DNA of 63,434 nucleotides, counting the filler, from Octopus bimaculoides (lineage: Eukaryota): the NCBI RefSeq assembly GCF_001194135.2. It is 3 parts of 3 records of this genome, joined end to end, with 100 filler letters (N's around TTAATTAATTAA, not from the genome) between each part and the next. Parts side by side here need not be neighbours in the genome. Positions count along the whole stretch, not along the records: positions 30,552 to 60,780 come from NC_068990.1; 2 more parts are not named here. The stretch is one strand, 5' to 3'. Below are positions 40,208-52,787 of the stretch, in pieces (within the stretch, counting starts at the first letter, position 1; each line of letters opens with the position of its first letter). A program made the position numbers and the translations under genes. The notes under the pieces are model-generated. The model was not told the DNA's origin and did not search any database. It saw only the letters and a list, made by a program, of their open reading frames with translations.

Positions 40208-40744
40208 ATATATACACGTATGTATGTGTACATGTACATATATATATATACGAGTGTCTGCATGTGTGTATGTAAATATGCATTATGTATGTGTTTACCT
40301 ATATATATATATATATATGATTGCTATTGTGTTAAACTGTCGTATGTCCAATATTGGCCAAATGCGTTTTTCTTTTTTCCAATATTTAATTTTGCTTGCA
40401 ATAGCCGGTTCTTTTGTTCATACTATCGTATCTCCAGCTGCTTCAGATGTCAAGATACGAAAATTGTCAAAGTGAAGTAAAACGGCTTAGCATTTCTCAA
40501 AAGTGTAATAAGCCCCACATCTGACAGTTTTTCAAAAATGTCTCTGACTAAATAATATAATACATGCATGGAGTTACGATTTTATGCACTCAACAAAGTA
40601 TTATTGTTAAGCTGAAACTATTGCTAATGTAAAAAGAAATGCAATGGCGAAACCATTTTTTCGTTTTCTGAAAAAGCAACGTTTTGGACTTACAACACTT
40701 TTGCATAATATATATATGTATGTGTGTATGTGAGTGTGTATGTT

Positions 40745-40795
<51 letters not shown>

Positions 40796-40945
40796 ACAGA
40801 GTAGGTGGGAAGTAAATAGGCATTAGAAATTGCTCATAAAATTTTTAGTATCCCTGAACTCATGACGAAAACATTTTTTAAACAGACAACACTAATGAGG
40901 ATTTTTTATTTTCTTATTGTCAAATTTCTAATTTCTTATTTTCAG

Positions 40946-41093
40946 ATGACCGGTCGCTTGACTGTTCAGGAGCGAGCTAAGGTAGCAGCACGCTATGAAG
41001 TGTGCAACACTACGTCTGGAGACAATAAAAAGTTGTCATGCAAAGTTGACGACCACGGGATCTGTGAACGATGCGAGAAGAATTGGTCGTCCA
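40946..41093 (+). mobile_element. Tc1/mariner-superfamily (maT/rosa-like) transposase N-terminal HTH relic
   Basis: MTGRLTVQERAKVAARYEV, then after a frameshift ETIKSCHAKLTTTGSVNDARRIGRP; the TI..k..TGSV.D..R.GRP motif is typical of this family. Confidence 0.7.
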
Positions 41094-42113
41094 ATTTAAT
41101 ATATCACCCAATGCGCTGTGATGTTGGGACCTGTTCAGTCCTTGCTGTTATTAGACAATGATACTCATCATTCTCCTTCAAATGATGCGTTCTGGAGAAC
41201 CATTCGAGACTGGGAATCTTAATGTTGAGATATATATTCATACTTTCAGCGCTTCACTATAGCAAATAATTCTCGGTGTTTGAGCTAATATAACCATAGT
41301 CGAGTATTCAGCAAATAACCGACATTCCCAACTGCTTAGCCTGGTGTGGAGGTTTCTACACAGCAAGGCAAATAAATGAATGAATGAATGAATAAACAAA
41401 TAAATAAATAAATAAAAACCTTGTCAAAAGGACCAGTGAATCCAGTTTGGGATCGATAACTATCAATAGTAAGTTTAGGTTTTCCTCTTGGGTCATAACT
41501 CGTGGGCTAAGACCAGAAATATTTTTGTCATTTCTCCCATAAAGTCTCTTTATGGTGTTCATATCTGTCCTTACTTTGTATCGAAGTGTTTCCATAAATA
41601 ATTCCTGTTGAACTAAGCACATACATTTTCTAATCCGCTCATTCTAATCTGTCAGATTAATGCCAATCGCTCCAAATTCTCTGTTACAGTTCCAAAAGCC
41701 AAGAGACAATTTACGGGAACATGACCCTATTAACTTCATTCTTCCAGTGATTCAGAATTTGATACTTTGAGGCAGTATGATACACTATTATTTTCTTCTT
41801 TTTCTTCCCTCAGCCCCACCTTTTTTATACTGGCATTAAATGGCCGTCGTACATCATTTACAAGACACTTATAGACGAAAATATCCGGCATTTTCCTTTC
41901 AAATCCTTTTCCGGTTGTATAGGAAAGTCTCAATGGTTTTAAACGACTTTCAAAATAGACCAAATGAATTTTTTAGAATTTCTGCATTCCTGTGCTTTTT
42001 TCATTAATGTTATCTCATTTTGAAGCTGAAGAAGACAGACGCATTGGTGAAATTATTATTCAAAAAACAAAGTCAGTCTGTGTTTTATTACATATCGCAC
42101 TCTTGTAACTGTG

Positions 42114-42137
42114 TATGATGATGATGAAGATGATGAC

Positions 42138-42194
<57 letters not shown>

Positions 42195-42207
42195 AGTGGT
42201 GGCGGTG

Positions 42208-42257
<50 letters not shown>

Positions 42258-42289
42258 CATCATCATCGTCATCATCATCATCATCATCA

Positions 42290-42336
<47 letters not shown>

Positions 42337-42340
42337 TATT
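42114..42340. repeat. (GAT)n-(TAT)n-(CAT)n-(TAT)n compound microsatellite
   Basis: Directly visible. Confidence 0.95.
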
Positions 42341-42574
42341 GTCTTTGCACAGCTTCTAACGCTGGAGATGTACTACGGTGCCAGCTGTTCATTACCAGTG
42401 AACTAAGGTAACACCCCTTGTTTTTTCGAGCACCTTCCGGAGTATTCGAACGGTTCCAAGCAGTGCTCTTTTCTGCAAGTGCTCCACCCTTATTGCAGCC
42501 CCTATTTGTTCCATGTATTTCTCGAGATTTTTACTCACTATTTTCAGGGCTCCGACAATTATTGGAAGTATCTT
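42341..42574 (-). mobile_element. 5'-truncated R4/Dong-like (RLE) non-LTR retrotransposon 3' end
   Basis: ILPIIVGALKIVSKNLEKYMEQIG....EHLQKRALLGTVRILRKVLE matches the R4/Dong C-terminus (P.viGAlG...LQK..lLgt..ilRkvL); a short 3' UTR is followed by (TAA)n in element orientation. Confidence 0.8.
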
Positions 42575-42602
42575 GTTGTTGTTGCTGTTGCTGTTGCTTT
42601 CG

Positions 42603-42634
<32 letters not shown>

Positions 42635-42718
42635 GCTGTTGTTGTTGTTGTTGCTGCTGCTGTGTTTCAACTTGCTTCAGAGATTTGCAACAAACGCAAA
42701 AACGGAAGAGCGAATCAG

Positions 42719-42770
<52 letters not shown>

Positions 42771-42998
42771 CATACACGCACACACATACACGTGCGCGCG
42801 CGCATACAAACGTACGCACAGACACGCACACACATGCACATACACGCACAACCGTGACACATAAGCATGCATAAATACGTATTATTTTAACTCAAGAGAA
42901 GGGATCATGATCTCGTCGGTACGCATTAAGATAATACATATAGGCATGGCATACACACTCTCTTATTTTATGTGCATATATGTGTGTCGATATATACA

Positions 42999-43046
<48 letters not shown>

Positions 43047-43067
43047 NNNNNNNNNNATCGTCGTGGT

Positions 43068-43212
43068 ACTCCGTCGGCTACGACGACGAGGGTTCCAGTT
43101 GATCCGATCAACGGAACAGCCTGCTCGTGAAATTAGCGTGTAAGTGGGTGAGCACTCCACAGACACGTGTACCCTTAACGTAGTTCTCGGGGAGATTCAG
43201 CGTGACACAGAG
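43068..43212 (-). mobile_element. SINE family C, 3' part only
   Basis: Nearly identical to 49900-50042. Confidence 0.9.
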
Positions 43213-43671
43213 CAAATGAGTTACCTATAGAACAATTTAGGGCAACACGAGAAAGACGAACCCATCAACGGAACACAACACCGTTTCTAGTAACACACAA
43301 TCCGCATTACCAAAACATTTTTAACATCATCAAAACAAATTTGCTAATCATGAAACATGAAACAAAGTGAAAAATTAAAAACATAATAACTAATCAAACA
43401 CGTGTCTTAAGAAAAAGGCAACCACACAACCTAAAGAAACTATTAACTGAGACAAAATTCAATATGAACAAGCAAGATAAAACATTTACGAGTCCACAGG
43501 CAACAAATCCTGAACATTAATGTTCTCCAAATTCTATCGAGTGAACATATAGAAACATGTGGTTACAAAATGTTTCTAATTTTTCCTCTCCACAAACTAC
43601 ATGACACAGGTAAGGCTGGAAGAAAGATAAAAGAAAAACGTTTTATTAAAATGTTCAAGCATGTTCTGAAC
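43209..43671 (+). mobile_element. Penelope-like element fragment (linker and GIY-YIG C-terminal region), degenerate
   Basis: PFLVTHNPHYQNIFNIIKTNL...RKRQPHNLKKLLTETKF, then RKIKEKRFIKMFKHVLN; these match the PLE motifs pfv.t.NP, rqp.NLk.lLt.akF and R..kE..fI....LN. Confidence 0.7.
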
Positions 43672-44015
43672 GGAAATAACGACAATAATATTGCAACTAG
43701 ATAAAAAATATCTTTAAACAAATTACAGAAGACTCCCACCAACGGAAATTGAAACGATCGAAACCAACTAAGTTTGCTAACTCACAAAAACCATCACATG
43801 TAAACCACAAGCTAATTGGTTAAAATAAAGGCGGGTTTTATGCTAGTAATATCGGTACGCCCAGAAAACCTTGACGTTTAAGATGCATGCGGATTGGTCA
43901 AAACTGTATTCCAAAAAATCTGCTTCTTGGAGCCTGCTAAAAGATATGAAATGGAACAAGTCAGTCATTTTACTACAGTTGTCAAGAATTTAACTGTCAG
44001 TTAAATACATTTTAA

Positions 44016-44053
44016 AATCTGATGATTACTACGAACGTATGAAAGCGCTAATT
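44016..44053 (+). ncRNA. Minimal type I hammerhead ribozyme-like motif
   Basis: aat-CTGATGA-tTACtacgaacGTAt-GAAA-gcgc-TA-att: intact core, palindromic stem III (AGCGCT), 3-bp stem I, about 350 bp downstream of a same-strand PLE fragment. Confidence 0.5.
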
Positions 44054-44784
44054 GAACTTTATGAACATTACAAAAAAATGTTTTACTATTTAACACACGT
44101 CAACATTGTAAAAAAATATATAAATACAATAATAAAAAACGTGAAAGCCAGACCATGTTTTAACTGATATTTTATTCTGTACACATTTACACAAATTCGG
44201 AAAAAATATACACATATACATATAAATACATACATATATATTTATGCAAGTATCTATGCACGTATGTATGTATGTATGTATTATGTATGTATGTATGTAT
44301 GTATGTATGTATGTATGTATGTATGTATGTAGATGACTTGTATGGTAGAATATTCAACATTTTGCAAATTTGCTTCAAAATCCATTAAAAATTTTCCAAA
44401 GAGTATTGATGTTTTAGCGTCGTTTTTTTTTTTGAGTTTGCGAATTACTTACAAATTTTAATAAGTATTTAAGTGAATGATTATTGTCTAATAGGTGTTG
44501 ATACACTGAAGCAAAACAAAACAATTGGAATTATTTTTGTATTATATATTTTTAATTTATAGCTAGTTTATACATTTGATTGTTTAGGAAGTTGAACGCC
44601 ATTCATTATTCAAGTGAAATATGTGTCTATATATTGACAGAAAATTGCATATTTATAGCTATCTATAATTATTTATGTTAATTAGTGTAATCCATTATGT
44701 TTCTATCGTTGTCCAGTATTGTGGCATTTGATTCGGCTAATTCTGTGTTTATCAATTCTGCTAATAATTTAGCTTAATGATTCA

Positions 44785-45230
44785 CTGACATTGTAGGCAT
44801 CAGTTGTTTCCATAATTCTTTGAGGTCTTCCAGTTTTTCTTTTGATATTGGTAGCAGTTGGGAATACTTCATTCGCAATGTATCCTGGGCTAAGTTAAAT
44901 GAACTAGCACTATAGTCTTTTTCCCCACTTTCAACCGTCTAACAGAATGGCTGTTATCAGGGGTGACAGATAGTGGATATGGCTTAGCCTTTGTAGTATT
45001 TAACATCAAATATTATCATTCTTGAATCAGTAAATCTAATAGTTAATTTCCTCCTCACATTATATAATTTCAGGGCATTATGATCAGCAAAGATGTTCTG
45101 TGTCATTTCTACAACTGGAAAGCGTTGCGAAAATGCAGTAGTTATTGTAACATAATCGTCTGTGCCCATCCCTCGCTTCGTTATTACTGGCCCTCCAATG
45201 TGAAAAAGTGTGAATTAAGCTGCATTTTTT
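44785..45230 (-). mobile_element. Possible DDE DNA-transposase C-terminal relic (Sola1/Chapaev-like)
   Basis: KYSQLLPISKEKLEDLKELWKQLMP matches a Y..lPI...K..DL..L....P terminus; upstream DDYVTITTAFSQRFPVVEMTQNIFAD; multiple stops. Confidence 0.4.
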
Positions 45231-45548
45231 CCATGGATAAAGATGATGTTTCAAATTTACTTTTAAGGTAAAAAATCAGTTTACTATAATCTTGACTGGG
45301 CGTCTTGTTGGCTAGATTGTGTTTATACAAAATGCTTACTGAGATATTCGCCTGGATTTACTCAATTTATTTATACATACATACATGCATGCATACATAT
45401 ATACATACATACATACATACATACATACATACATACACACATACATACATACATACATACATTCATACATACATACACACATACATACATACATACATAC
45501 ATACATACATACATGCATACATATATATAAGATTGATTGATAGATAAA

Positions 45549-45584
<36 letters not shown>

Positions 45585-45778
45585 NNNNNNNNNNNNNNNN
45601 NNNNNNNNNNNNNNNNNNNNNNNNNNNNNNNNNNNNNNNNNNNNNNNNNNNNNNNNNNNNNNNNNNNNNNNNNNNNNNNNNNNNNNNNNNNNNNNNNNNN
45701 NNNNNNNNNNNNNNNNNNNNNNNNNNNNNNNNNNNNNNNNNNNNNNNNNNNNNNNNNNNNNNNNNNNNNNNNNNNNNN

Positions 45779-45813
<35 letters not shown>

Positions 45814-45827
45814 TGTATGTATGTCTG

Positions 45828-45866
<39 letters not shown>

Positions 45867-45905
45867 CTCTCTCTCTCTCTATCTACCCTTCTGTCTATCA
45901 ATCTC

Positions 45906-45937
<32 letters not shown>

Positions 45938-46172
45938 TGTATGTATGTATGTATGTATGTATGTATGTATGGGCATTTGTTAAAAATAAAAGTATGACAT
46001 TCAGCTACTGATTCGTTATTTGTATTGGGTTGTATCAATTACACGTTGCTGTCAAGTACGGAAACCAAACTTGTATTACTGAGATGCTGTAATATCCTTG
46101 CGCAAATATTCATTCAGGAATATCTCGTTAAACTGACTGGCTTCTCTAGTGACTGTCGTTTTTAAACACTTT

Positions 46173-46249
<77 letters not shown>

Positions 46250-46677
46250 ATATATATATGTATATACGTGTATATGAATATACTATGTAAGTATGTAGGT
46301 GTACGTGAATGACAATGTGTATATGTGTAACAGATTTGTAGTTGACTGTTAATATTTGTATTTTCTCAGAAGTTAACAAACACCAGAGTGGCGGCGCAGG
46401 TTTTTTTTTTCTTTCTTCCTAAATCGAAAAATATCAAGGTAAACATGAAACTCGGTCATTTTGCCCGCAGATATCATTAAAGGCAGAAACCATGAAGTAG
46501 AAGTCAATAACACTTTATTAGAAAATGTTCAGATAGTAAATGGAATGTTCCTGTAATGTACCCTCTTCAAACTGTAGCTGCACAGACGACACTAAAATAA
46601 TAATGTAATATCAAGGATATAAATTTATGTAAAACCTGCAGTAATATTTTTTGTTATTCTTTTTTTTAATATGCAAA

Positions 46678-46885
46678 ACGACGAGCTGGCAAAATCATGA
46701 ACACGTCGAGGAAAATGCTTAGTGGCATTTCGTCCGTCTTTACGATCTGAGTTCAAATTCTCCTGAAGTCTACTTTACTTTTCATCCTTTAGGGGGCGAT
46801 AAAATAAGTACCAGTTAAGCATTGGGGTCTACTTATCCACTTCCCGAAATTACTTGTGTTGTACCAAAATTTAAAACCAATATTT
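46678..46885 (+). mobile_element. SINE family A
   Basis: cgacgagctggcaaaatc...gagttcaaattc...aagtaccagtt...gtaccaaaatttaaaacc. Confidence 0.85.
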
Positions 46886-46904
46886 TTTAGTATGTGTATA
46901 TGAT

Positions 46905-47200
46905 GGAATAACCCGTCGAAGGCAACGTATGAGTGTTCAGCCTTTGCTGAATGATCTGCACAAATGATTTGTTTACAGGGATTAAATGTATGTACTGTAC
47001 ATTAACTCACTCTCTCCTTCAAATCGTCATTGTACAGGGTCGGTTCGCAAGTGTGCCTCAAGTGAGACGTCGAAATGATTGCGGAACAACGTGTAATGAA
47101 GTGTTTTGCTCAAGAACACAACGCGCTGCCCAGTCCTGAAATCGAACCCACGACCTAGCGATCGTATGTGTAGCGCCCTAACTACTAAGCTACGTGCCTT
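46905..47200 (-). mobile_element. tRNA-derived SINE, family D
   Basis: Minus head ggcacgtagcttagtagttagggcg...gtgggttcgatttc (A/B boxes), then gtgttcttgagcaaaacac. Confidence 0.7.
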
Positions 47201-47863
47201 CACCTTATAAGCAAAATCTCAAATCTTGAGAAATTGCGCATCGTTCGTTAAAAACTTTTAAGATGTAAGATGTATAATGGAATTTACGCAGTAGGTCCTA
47301 GCTATGGATTAATTAGCGTATAAATAAATAGAGGTCCTCTACATAGGAATAAACAGCCCCGGACCAAATCACGCATGGCCCTTTGGCAAAGCCTGGCACT
47401 CGGGAAATACGCGAGCTGGAGTTGCATTGAAATCATATGATGCAGCATAATATAAACTGTTGAGTCAATGGCGAATATCATTAGATACTGAGCGAAAGAA
47501 CCGTCAACAAACTGTCAATGGCCACGATCAACCTCTTCAATTAGCGAACTACTGCTATCATCTGTAGTCGCAGCGTGCGCAGATGAGACGTTCAGCTACC
47601 GAAAGACCAACATGACTCATTGGTCTGAGCAAATCACCTGACCGAATGATGATGATGATGAGAAAAACTGCAATATCTAATGCACCCTTTCCTTTTATAA
47701 GACGGTAAAATTTGATTATTTGAAGAGTTGATGGCTATTTCTAGCATACAGAGATTTCATAGTTGACTCGATGTAAAATGTATAAAAGCAGATGGTTACT
47801 ATTGGGGCTGATTGAGTAATTGTTGATTAAATGAACGAATAGAGACCATAATATAAGTGTTAC

Positions 47864-48025
47864 TTTTAAATTTTGGCACAAGGCCAGCAATTTTAGGGGA
47901 AGGGTTAATTCGCTTTCATCGACCCCCAGTGATCCACTGGTACTTATTTTATCGACCCCGAAAGGATAAAAGGCATAGTGGACCTTGGCAGAATTTGAAC
48001 TCAGAACATACAGACCGACGAAGAC
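47864..48025 (-). mobile_element. SINE family A lacking its 5' head
   Basis: tttaaattttggcacaaggcc...gaccccgaaagga...gcagaatttgaactcagaac. Confidence 0.85.
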
Positions 48026-48063
48026 CATGATATAGGTATTGTTATTTATATTCACTATTCTAT

Positions 48064-48268
48064 AAGGCAGCGAGCTGGCAGACTCGTTAGCAATCCAGGT
48101 AAAGTGTTTAGTTGCTCTCCATCCGTCTCTATGCTCTGAGCTCAAATTCCGCCGAGGTCTACTTTGCTTTTCATCCTTTTGGAGTCGATGAAATAATTAC
48201 TAATTGATGTAATTGACGTACCCCTCCCCCAAAATTACTGGCCTTGAGACAAAATCTGAAACCAATAT
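48064..48268 (+). mobile_element. SINE family A, near full length
   Basis: aaggcagcgagctggcagactcgttagc...ggccttgagacaaaatctgaaacc. Confidence 0.85.
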
Positions 48269-49092
48269 CCATTATGGTAGTTTATATAGAGAAACAGATG
48301 GAGAGGAAAGAGATCTTGTAGAAAACGAAGAATAATGTAGTAAGAGGTGGCAAATCGATAGGGAGGTTTAGGAAGAGAATATTTCTAAAGAGTTAGCTCA
48401 GCTTCCATACCAAGGTTCTCGGCTTCCCGACAGTCTCTATTTTTTCGACTCTCACAGTGCCGGTACAAGACATGAACCTCCTACAGTCGACAGGCGAAGA
48501 GGCTGAAGATCTTTAATTTTTAAAAGACGCTTTCAGTCACTTGGTGAGGTAGGATTATGCATTATGTAGATAGAAATATTTCATTGAACCAACAGCAACG
48601 GTATTGGTTCCACATTACAAAGGCATCAAATGAGATAGGTCGGGCGTGTATTGTTCAGGACTGACTCGTACTTTTCGCACATAGGACCTTCTATATTATA
48701 TTCAAAGTGATTCAAATACCATCTGAAGATCACTTTCAAGACGAGCAAAAATAAATCGTTTAAAAATAGAAGATATCACTATCCACTGTTCAGTTTGGTG
48801 GTCTCGTTGTTGGATGGTCATTGCGGATATAAAGGAGCAACTCATTCAGTACTTCAAAGAGAAGCGAGAAAAGAGCAATATATTCACAGTTATACTTTGA
48901 TACTTCAGTACTTAGATAAGTTTCGACCAGAAATGGCACGGGCGATATCTGACTTAATAGTACCACTTGGAAAAGAAAAGACATTTAATGCTGGCATCAT
49001 CTACAAACAAATATTCACATGTTCCTTCTGAGTCTTAAGCAGCACATAAAGAATTCAGTTGTACAGTAATCAAAGGATCATTTAATGAAACG

Positions 49093-49131
<39 letters not shown>

Positions 49132-49890
49132 GAGAGAGAGGGAGGAGAGAGGGAATAGAGAGAGAGGGGGAGAGAAAGCGAGAGAGAGAGAGAGAGAGAG
49201 AGGAGAGAGGGAAGAGAGAGAGAGAGAGAGAGACTCAAAAAGAATGCAGGTGGTTTTGGGGGAGACAGAGACGAAGAGGTATTAAAGAGAGAAAAATAGA
49301 GTGAAAGTAACAAAGAGAGTGTGTGAGAAAGAAACAGAATGAGAGAGAGAGGGAGAGAGTGAGAGAAAAATAGAGAGAGAAGGGGAAAGAGGGGAGGTAA
49401 GGGAAAAAGAAATGGTTATCGTCATATAATAACAGCCAATATAAATGTTGGTTGCTTGGTTGGTATAGAGAGAGGGGGTGGGGAGATAGAGCAAAAGAGA
49501 CGAAATTCAGAGAGAGTTAACGTAAGAAGCTCAGGATGCGTGTTCAGACTTGGTTTCGTGGAATGCAACGAGTAAGGAACGCCACTCGCTCATACAGCGA
49601 GAAAGGATCATAGAGAGAGGGGTGGAGTAAATGACGGAGTGGTTCGAGAGACAGAGAGGGGAAGAGAGAGTTACTGGGAGAGTTAACATAAGAGGTGCGG
49701 GAGTGCTGCACATACTCGGCGTCGTGACAGGCAATGAGTAAAGAAAGCTCCACCGACACAGTAAGAAACAAAGCATAAACTCAGAAGTAGAGGAGGAGGC
49801 AGAGACAGGATAAAATACAGAGTGACTAGAGAGAGAACGAGAAGAAGGAAAACACAACGGTTCAGAACACTATAATAAAGCATTAAAATT

Positions 49891-50274
49891 GTTGTTGGCA
49901 CTCCGTCGCTTACGACGTCTACGGTTCCAGTTGATCCGATCAACGGAACAGCCTGCTCGTGAAATTAACGTGCAAGTGGCTGAGCACTCCACAGACACGT
50001 ACACCCTTAACGTAGTTCTCGGGGATATTCAGTGTGACACAGAGTGTGACAAGGCTGACCCTTTGAATTACAGGCACAACAGAAACAGGAAGAAAGAGTG
50101 AGAGAAAGTTGTGGTGAAAAAGTACAGCAGGGTTCACCACCACCCCCTGCCGGAGCCTCGTGGAGCTTTAGGTGATTTCGCTCAATAAACACTCACAACG
50201 CCCGGTCTGGGAATCGAAACCGCGATCCTAAGACCGCGAGTCCGCTGCCCAAACCACTGGGCCATTGCGCCTCC
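49891..50274 (-). mobile_element. tRNA-derived SINE, family C, full length
   Basis: Minus head GGAGGCGCAATGGCCCAGTGG (A box)...GGTTTCGATTCCC (B box); tail ...GTCGTAAGCGACGGAGTGCCAACAAC. Confidence 0.9.
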
Positions 50275-51195
50275 ACTCAAAACAGTATAATAAATCATTA
50301 AAATTAAAGTAGAATAAAAGTTATAAAATAAAATAGAGAGAGAGAGCTGAAGAGAGAGAAAGAGAGAGAAAGAGAGTAAGAGAGAGAAAGAGAGTAAGAG
50401 AGAGAGAGTGATAAGTAGAGGAGAGAACGAATAGAGGGGATAAGATGGAAAGCGGAGAAATAGACTCAGGAAAAGTGTCAGCCAATTACAAGCGTATTAT
50501 GGAAGAAATTAATGCATATCGCATTTGAAAAGTTTGAAAAAACACGAAAATAGAGTGATGAAGACTTTATAGAGACGAATAAGCATTTAAAAAATTGTTC
50601 GTATCAAATATAATCAGAGAAATATGCTTGTATTGTGTAACGTGAGAATACACGCGGACATACTCAGAAATATATATGTGTGTGTGTGTGTGCGTGTGTG
50701 TGTGTGTGTATGAATGTGTACAATATATGGATATGCAAATATAAAAACATATATACAAAAACAGACACATACATATCATCAGGTACACATTCTCACGCAG
50801 ACATACGTACATACATATATACATACATACATAATACATACATACATACATCTAAAACTTTCCAGAGGTTTATCATTTAAGTTTATATGAGCATGTCTAG
50901 ACATGCAACTATATTCATGAGAATACGTACATAAAACAAAACATACAAATCTGCTCACATACATATATACATACATACATACATACATACATACATACAT
51001 AAATACACACACACACACACATACATACATACAGACATACATACATAATACATACATACATACATGCAAAAATACCCTGCTGATGTTAAAATTCCAATGA
51101 AAGAGCCTTGGATCTAGATTAGAAACCAGCTCTTTCTCTGTTGGCCTGAAATCTTGAAATAAACTGAATAATGACATATACATACATACACAGGT

Positions 51196-51359
51196 GCAGG
51201 CGTGGCTGTGTGGTAAGAAGCTTGCTTCCCAACCACATGGTTCCGGGTGCAGTCCCACTACGTGGTACCTTGGGCAAATGTCTTCTACTATTGCCTCGGG
51301 CCGATCAAAGCTTTGTGAGTGGATTTGGTAGACGGAGGCTGAAAGAAACCTGTCGTATG

Positions 51360-51421
<62 letters not shown>

Positions 51422-51422
51422 A

Positions 51423-51471
<49 letters not shown>

Positions 51472-51678
51472 ACCAACATAAGTATATGTGAGTGTGCGTG
51501 TGTGCACGCGCGCGCGTCTGTGTTTACGTTCCCGTAACTTAGCGGTTCAGAAAAAGACACAGATAGAACAAGTACTAGGCTTACGAAGAATAAGTCCTGG
51601 CTCGATTTGTTCGACTAAAGGCGGTGCTCCAGCATGTTCGCAGTCAGATGACTGAAACAAATAAATGAATAAAAGAAT
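51196..51678 (+). mobile_element. SINE family B, full length, with internal (ATCT)n
   Basis: Intact head and tail. Confidence 0.9.
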
Positions 51679-51696
51679 ATATACATAAACATAAAC

Positions 51697-52410
51697 TTGG
51701 AGGATAAGCAGACATCTTACCACCAAAAAGCAATGCGTTGGTACACATCTCGTAAGCTAGAAGACAACATAGGTAAAAGATTCCTTGACAAACATTTTCT
51801 CCTAGAAAAACATTTTCTCCTAGAAAAACATTTTCTCCTAGAAAAACATTTTCCTCAAAATCACAGGTACAGGAAAATATTTAACAGGAGATCAGTGAAA
51901 TTATCAAGTAGATGCTGCTCCAATATGAAAAGTATCATTACACGAGAACAACACCAAAGGCCCACTCCCAGCTGAGCCTGTCAACTCGTCCAGAGATGTA
52001 TGATTATATCTGTCATATATGAAGCGAAGTTACAGCAACGCTAGTCGATAATACAACCGATAAGATGCGCTTGTCTATGTAAAGGCGAATTAAAAAATCG
52101 CTATGCTAATCATATATTTTCCTTCCGACACAGGGATAAAAGTTAAGCTATTATGTTGGCTTGCCACGTATAAGGCTTGAAGCCGAATGCCACACTACAT
52201 ATGATAAAGTGGAAAATAATCGAAAAATCCCAACCATATGTTAACGGATATAAAAAATGTAAGCTATGCATAGCTGAAAAATCTCAGATCCTTTTCAGTT
52301 CTAGGAACTCTAACACACTACTGAATTCTAGATCCGAAATTTTCAGTTGTTGTAAGCGTATGGCTAGGTTCCTGTTGACGAATTCGAAAGTGCCGCACTC
52401 TCCGGATTGA
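51697..52410 (+). mobile_element. Penelope-like element fragment (RT linker + GIY-YIG endonuclease), degenerate, with an internal 21-bp triplication
   Basis: KHFPQNHRYRKIFNRRSVKLS..CCSNMKSII...KNRYANHIFSFRH...IKWKIIEKSQPY.NGYKKCKLCIAEK..I...LLNSRSEIFSCC; (cattttctcctagaaaaa) is repeated, giving HFLLEK three times. Confidence 0.9.
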
Positions 52411-52632
52411 ACAATTGTACTATAGGGTCTAAATCACTATCTTTTCAGTTTTATAGCTTACGGTCTTTTTTGCTTCTTTTTGTTTTTGCATTCGTTTTCA
52501 AGTTTTTCAACATTTCAACCTTTTATATCTACTTCTTTCTCGCCTTTTCTCACTTTTCTTTCATTCTATCGTTCCATTTTTAGTTCTTTATGCCCTGTCT
52601 ACATAGACGTCTTATATGTTGGAAAATATGTT

Positions 52633-52682
52633 TTCCCAACTCTATATCACCTATTAGGCAATGAAACATATGTAATTGGGAA
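52633..52682 (+). ncRNA. Decayed hammerhead-like motif in the PLE 3' region
   Basis: ttcccaa...cct-att-agg...GAAA-catatg-TA-attgggaa: stem I arms and palindromic stem III are kept, but CTGATGA is lost (ctatatca). Confidence 0.35.
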
Positions 52683-52714
52683 TAATTATTACCAAAGTTT
52701 TTCCAGTCTTTGGT

Positions 52715-52787
<73 letters not shown>

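Noticed and set aside
8020-47620. Scattered AP-1 sites (TGA[C/G]TCA), about 8 seen
   Set aside because: Roughly the number expected by chance for a 7-mer in about 50 kb.
48790-49031. LLDGH (pogo-like) on plus and ETYL (endonuclease-like) on minus
   Set aside because: Isolated 4-5-residue matches pointing in opposite directions.
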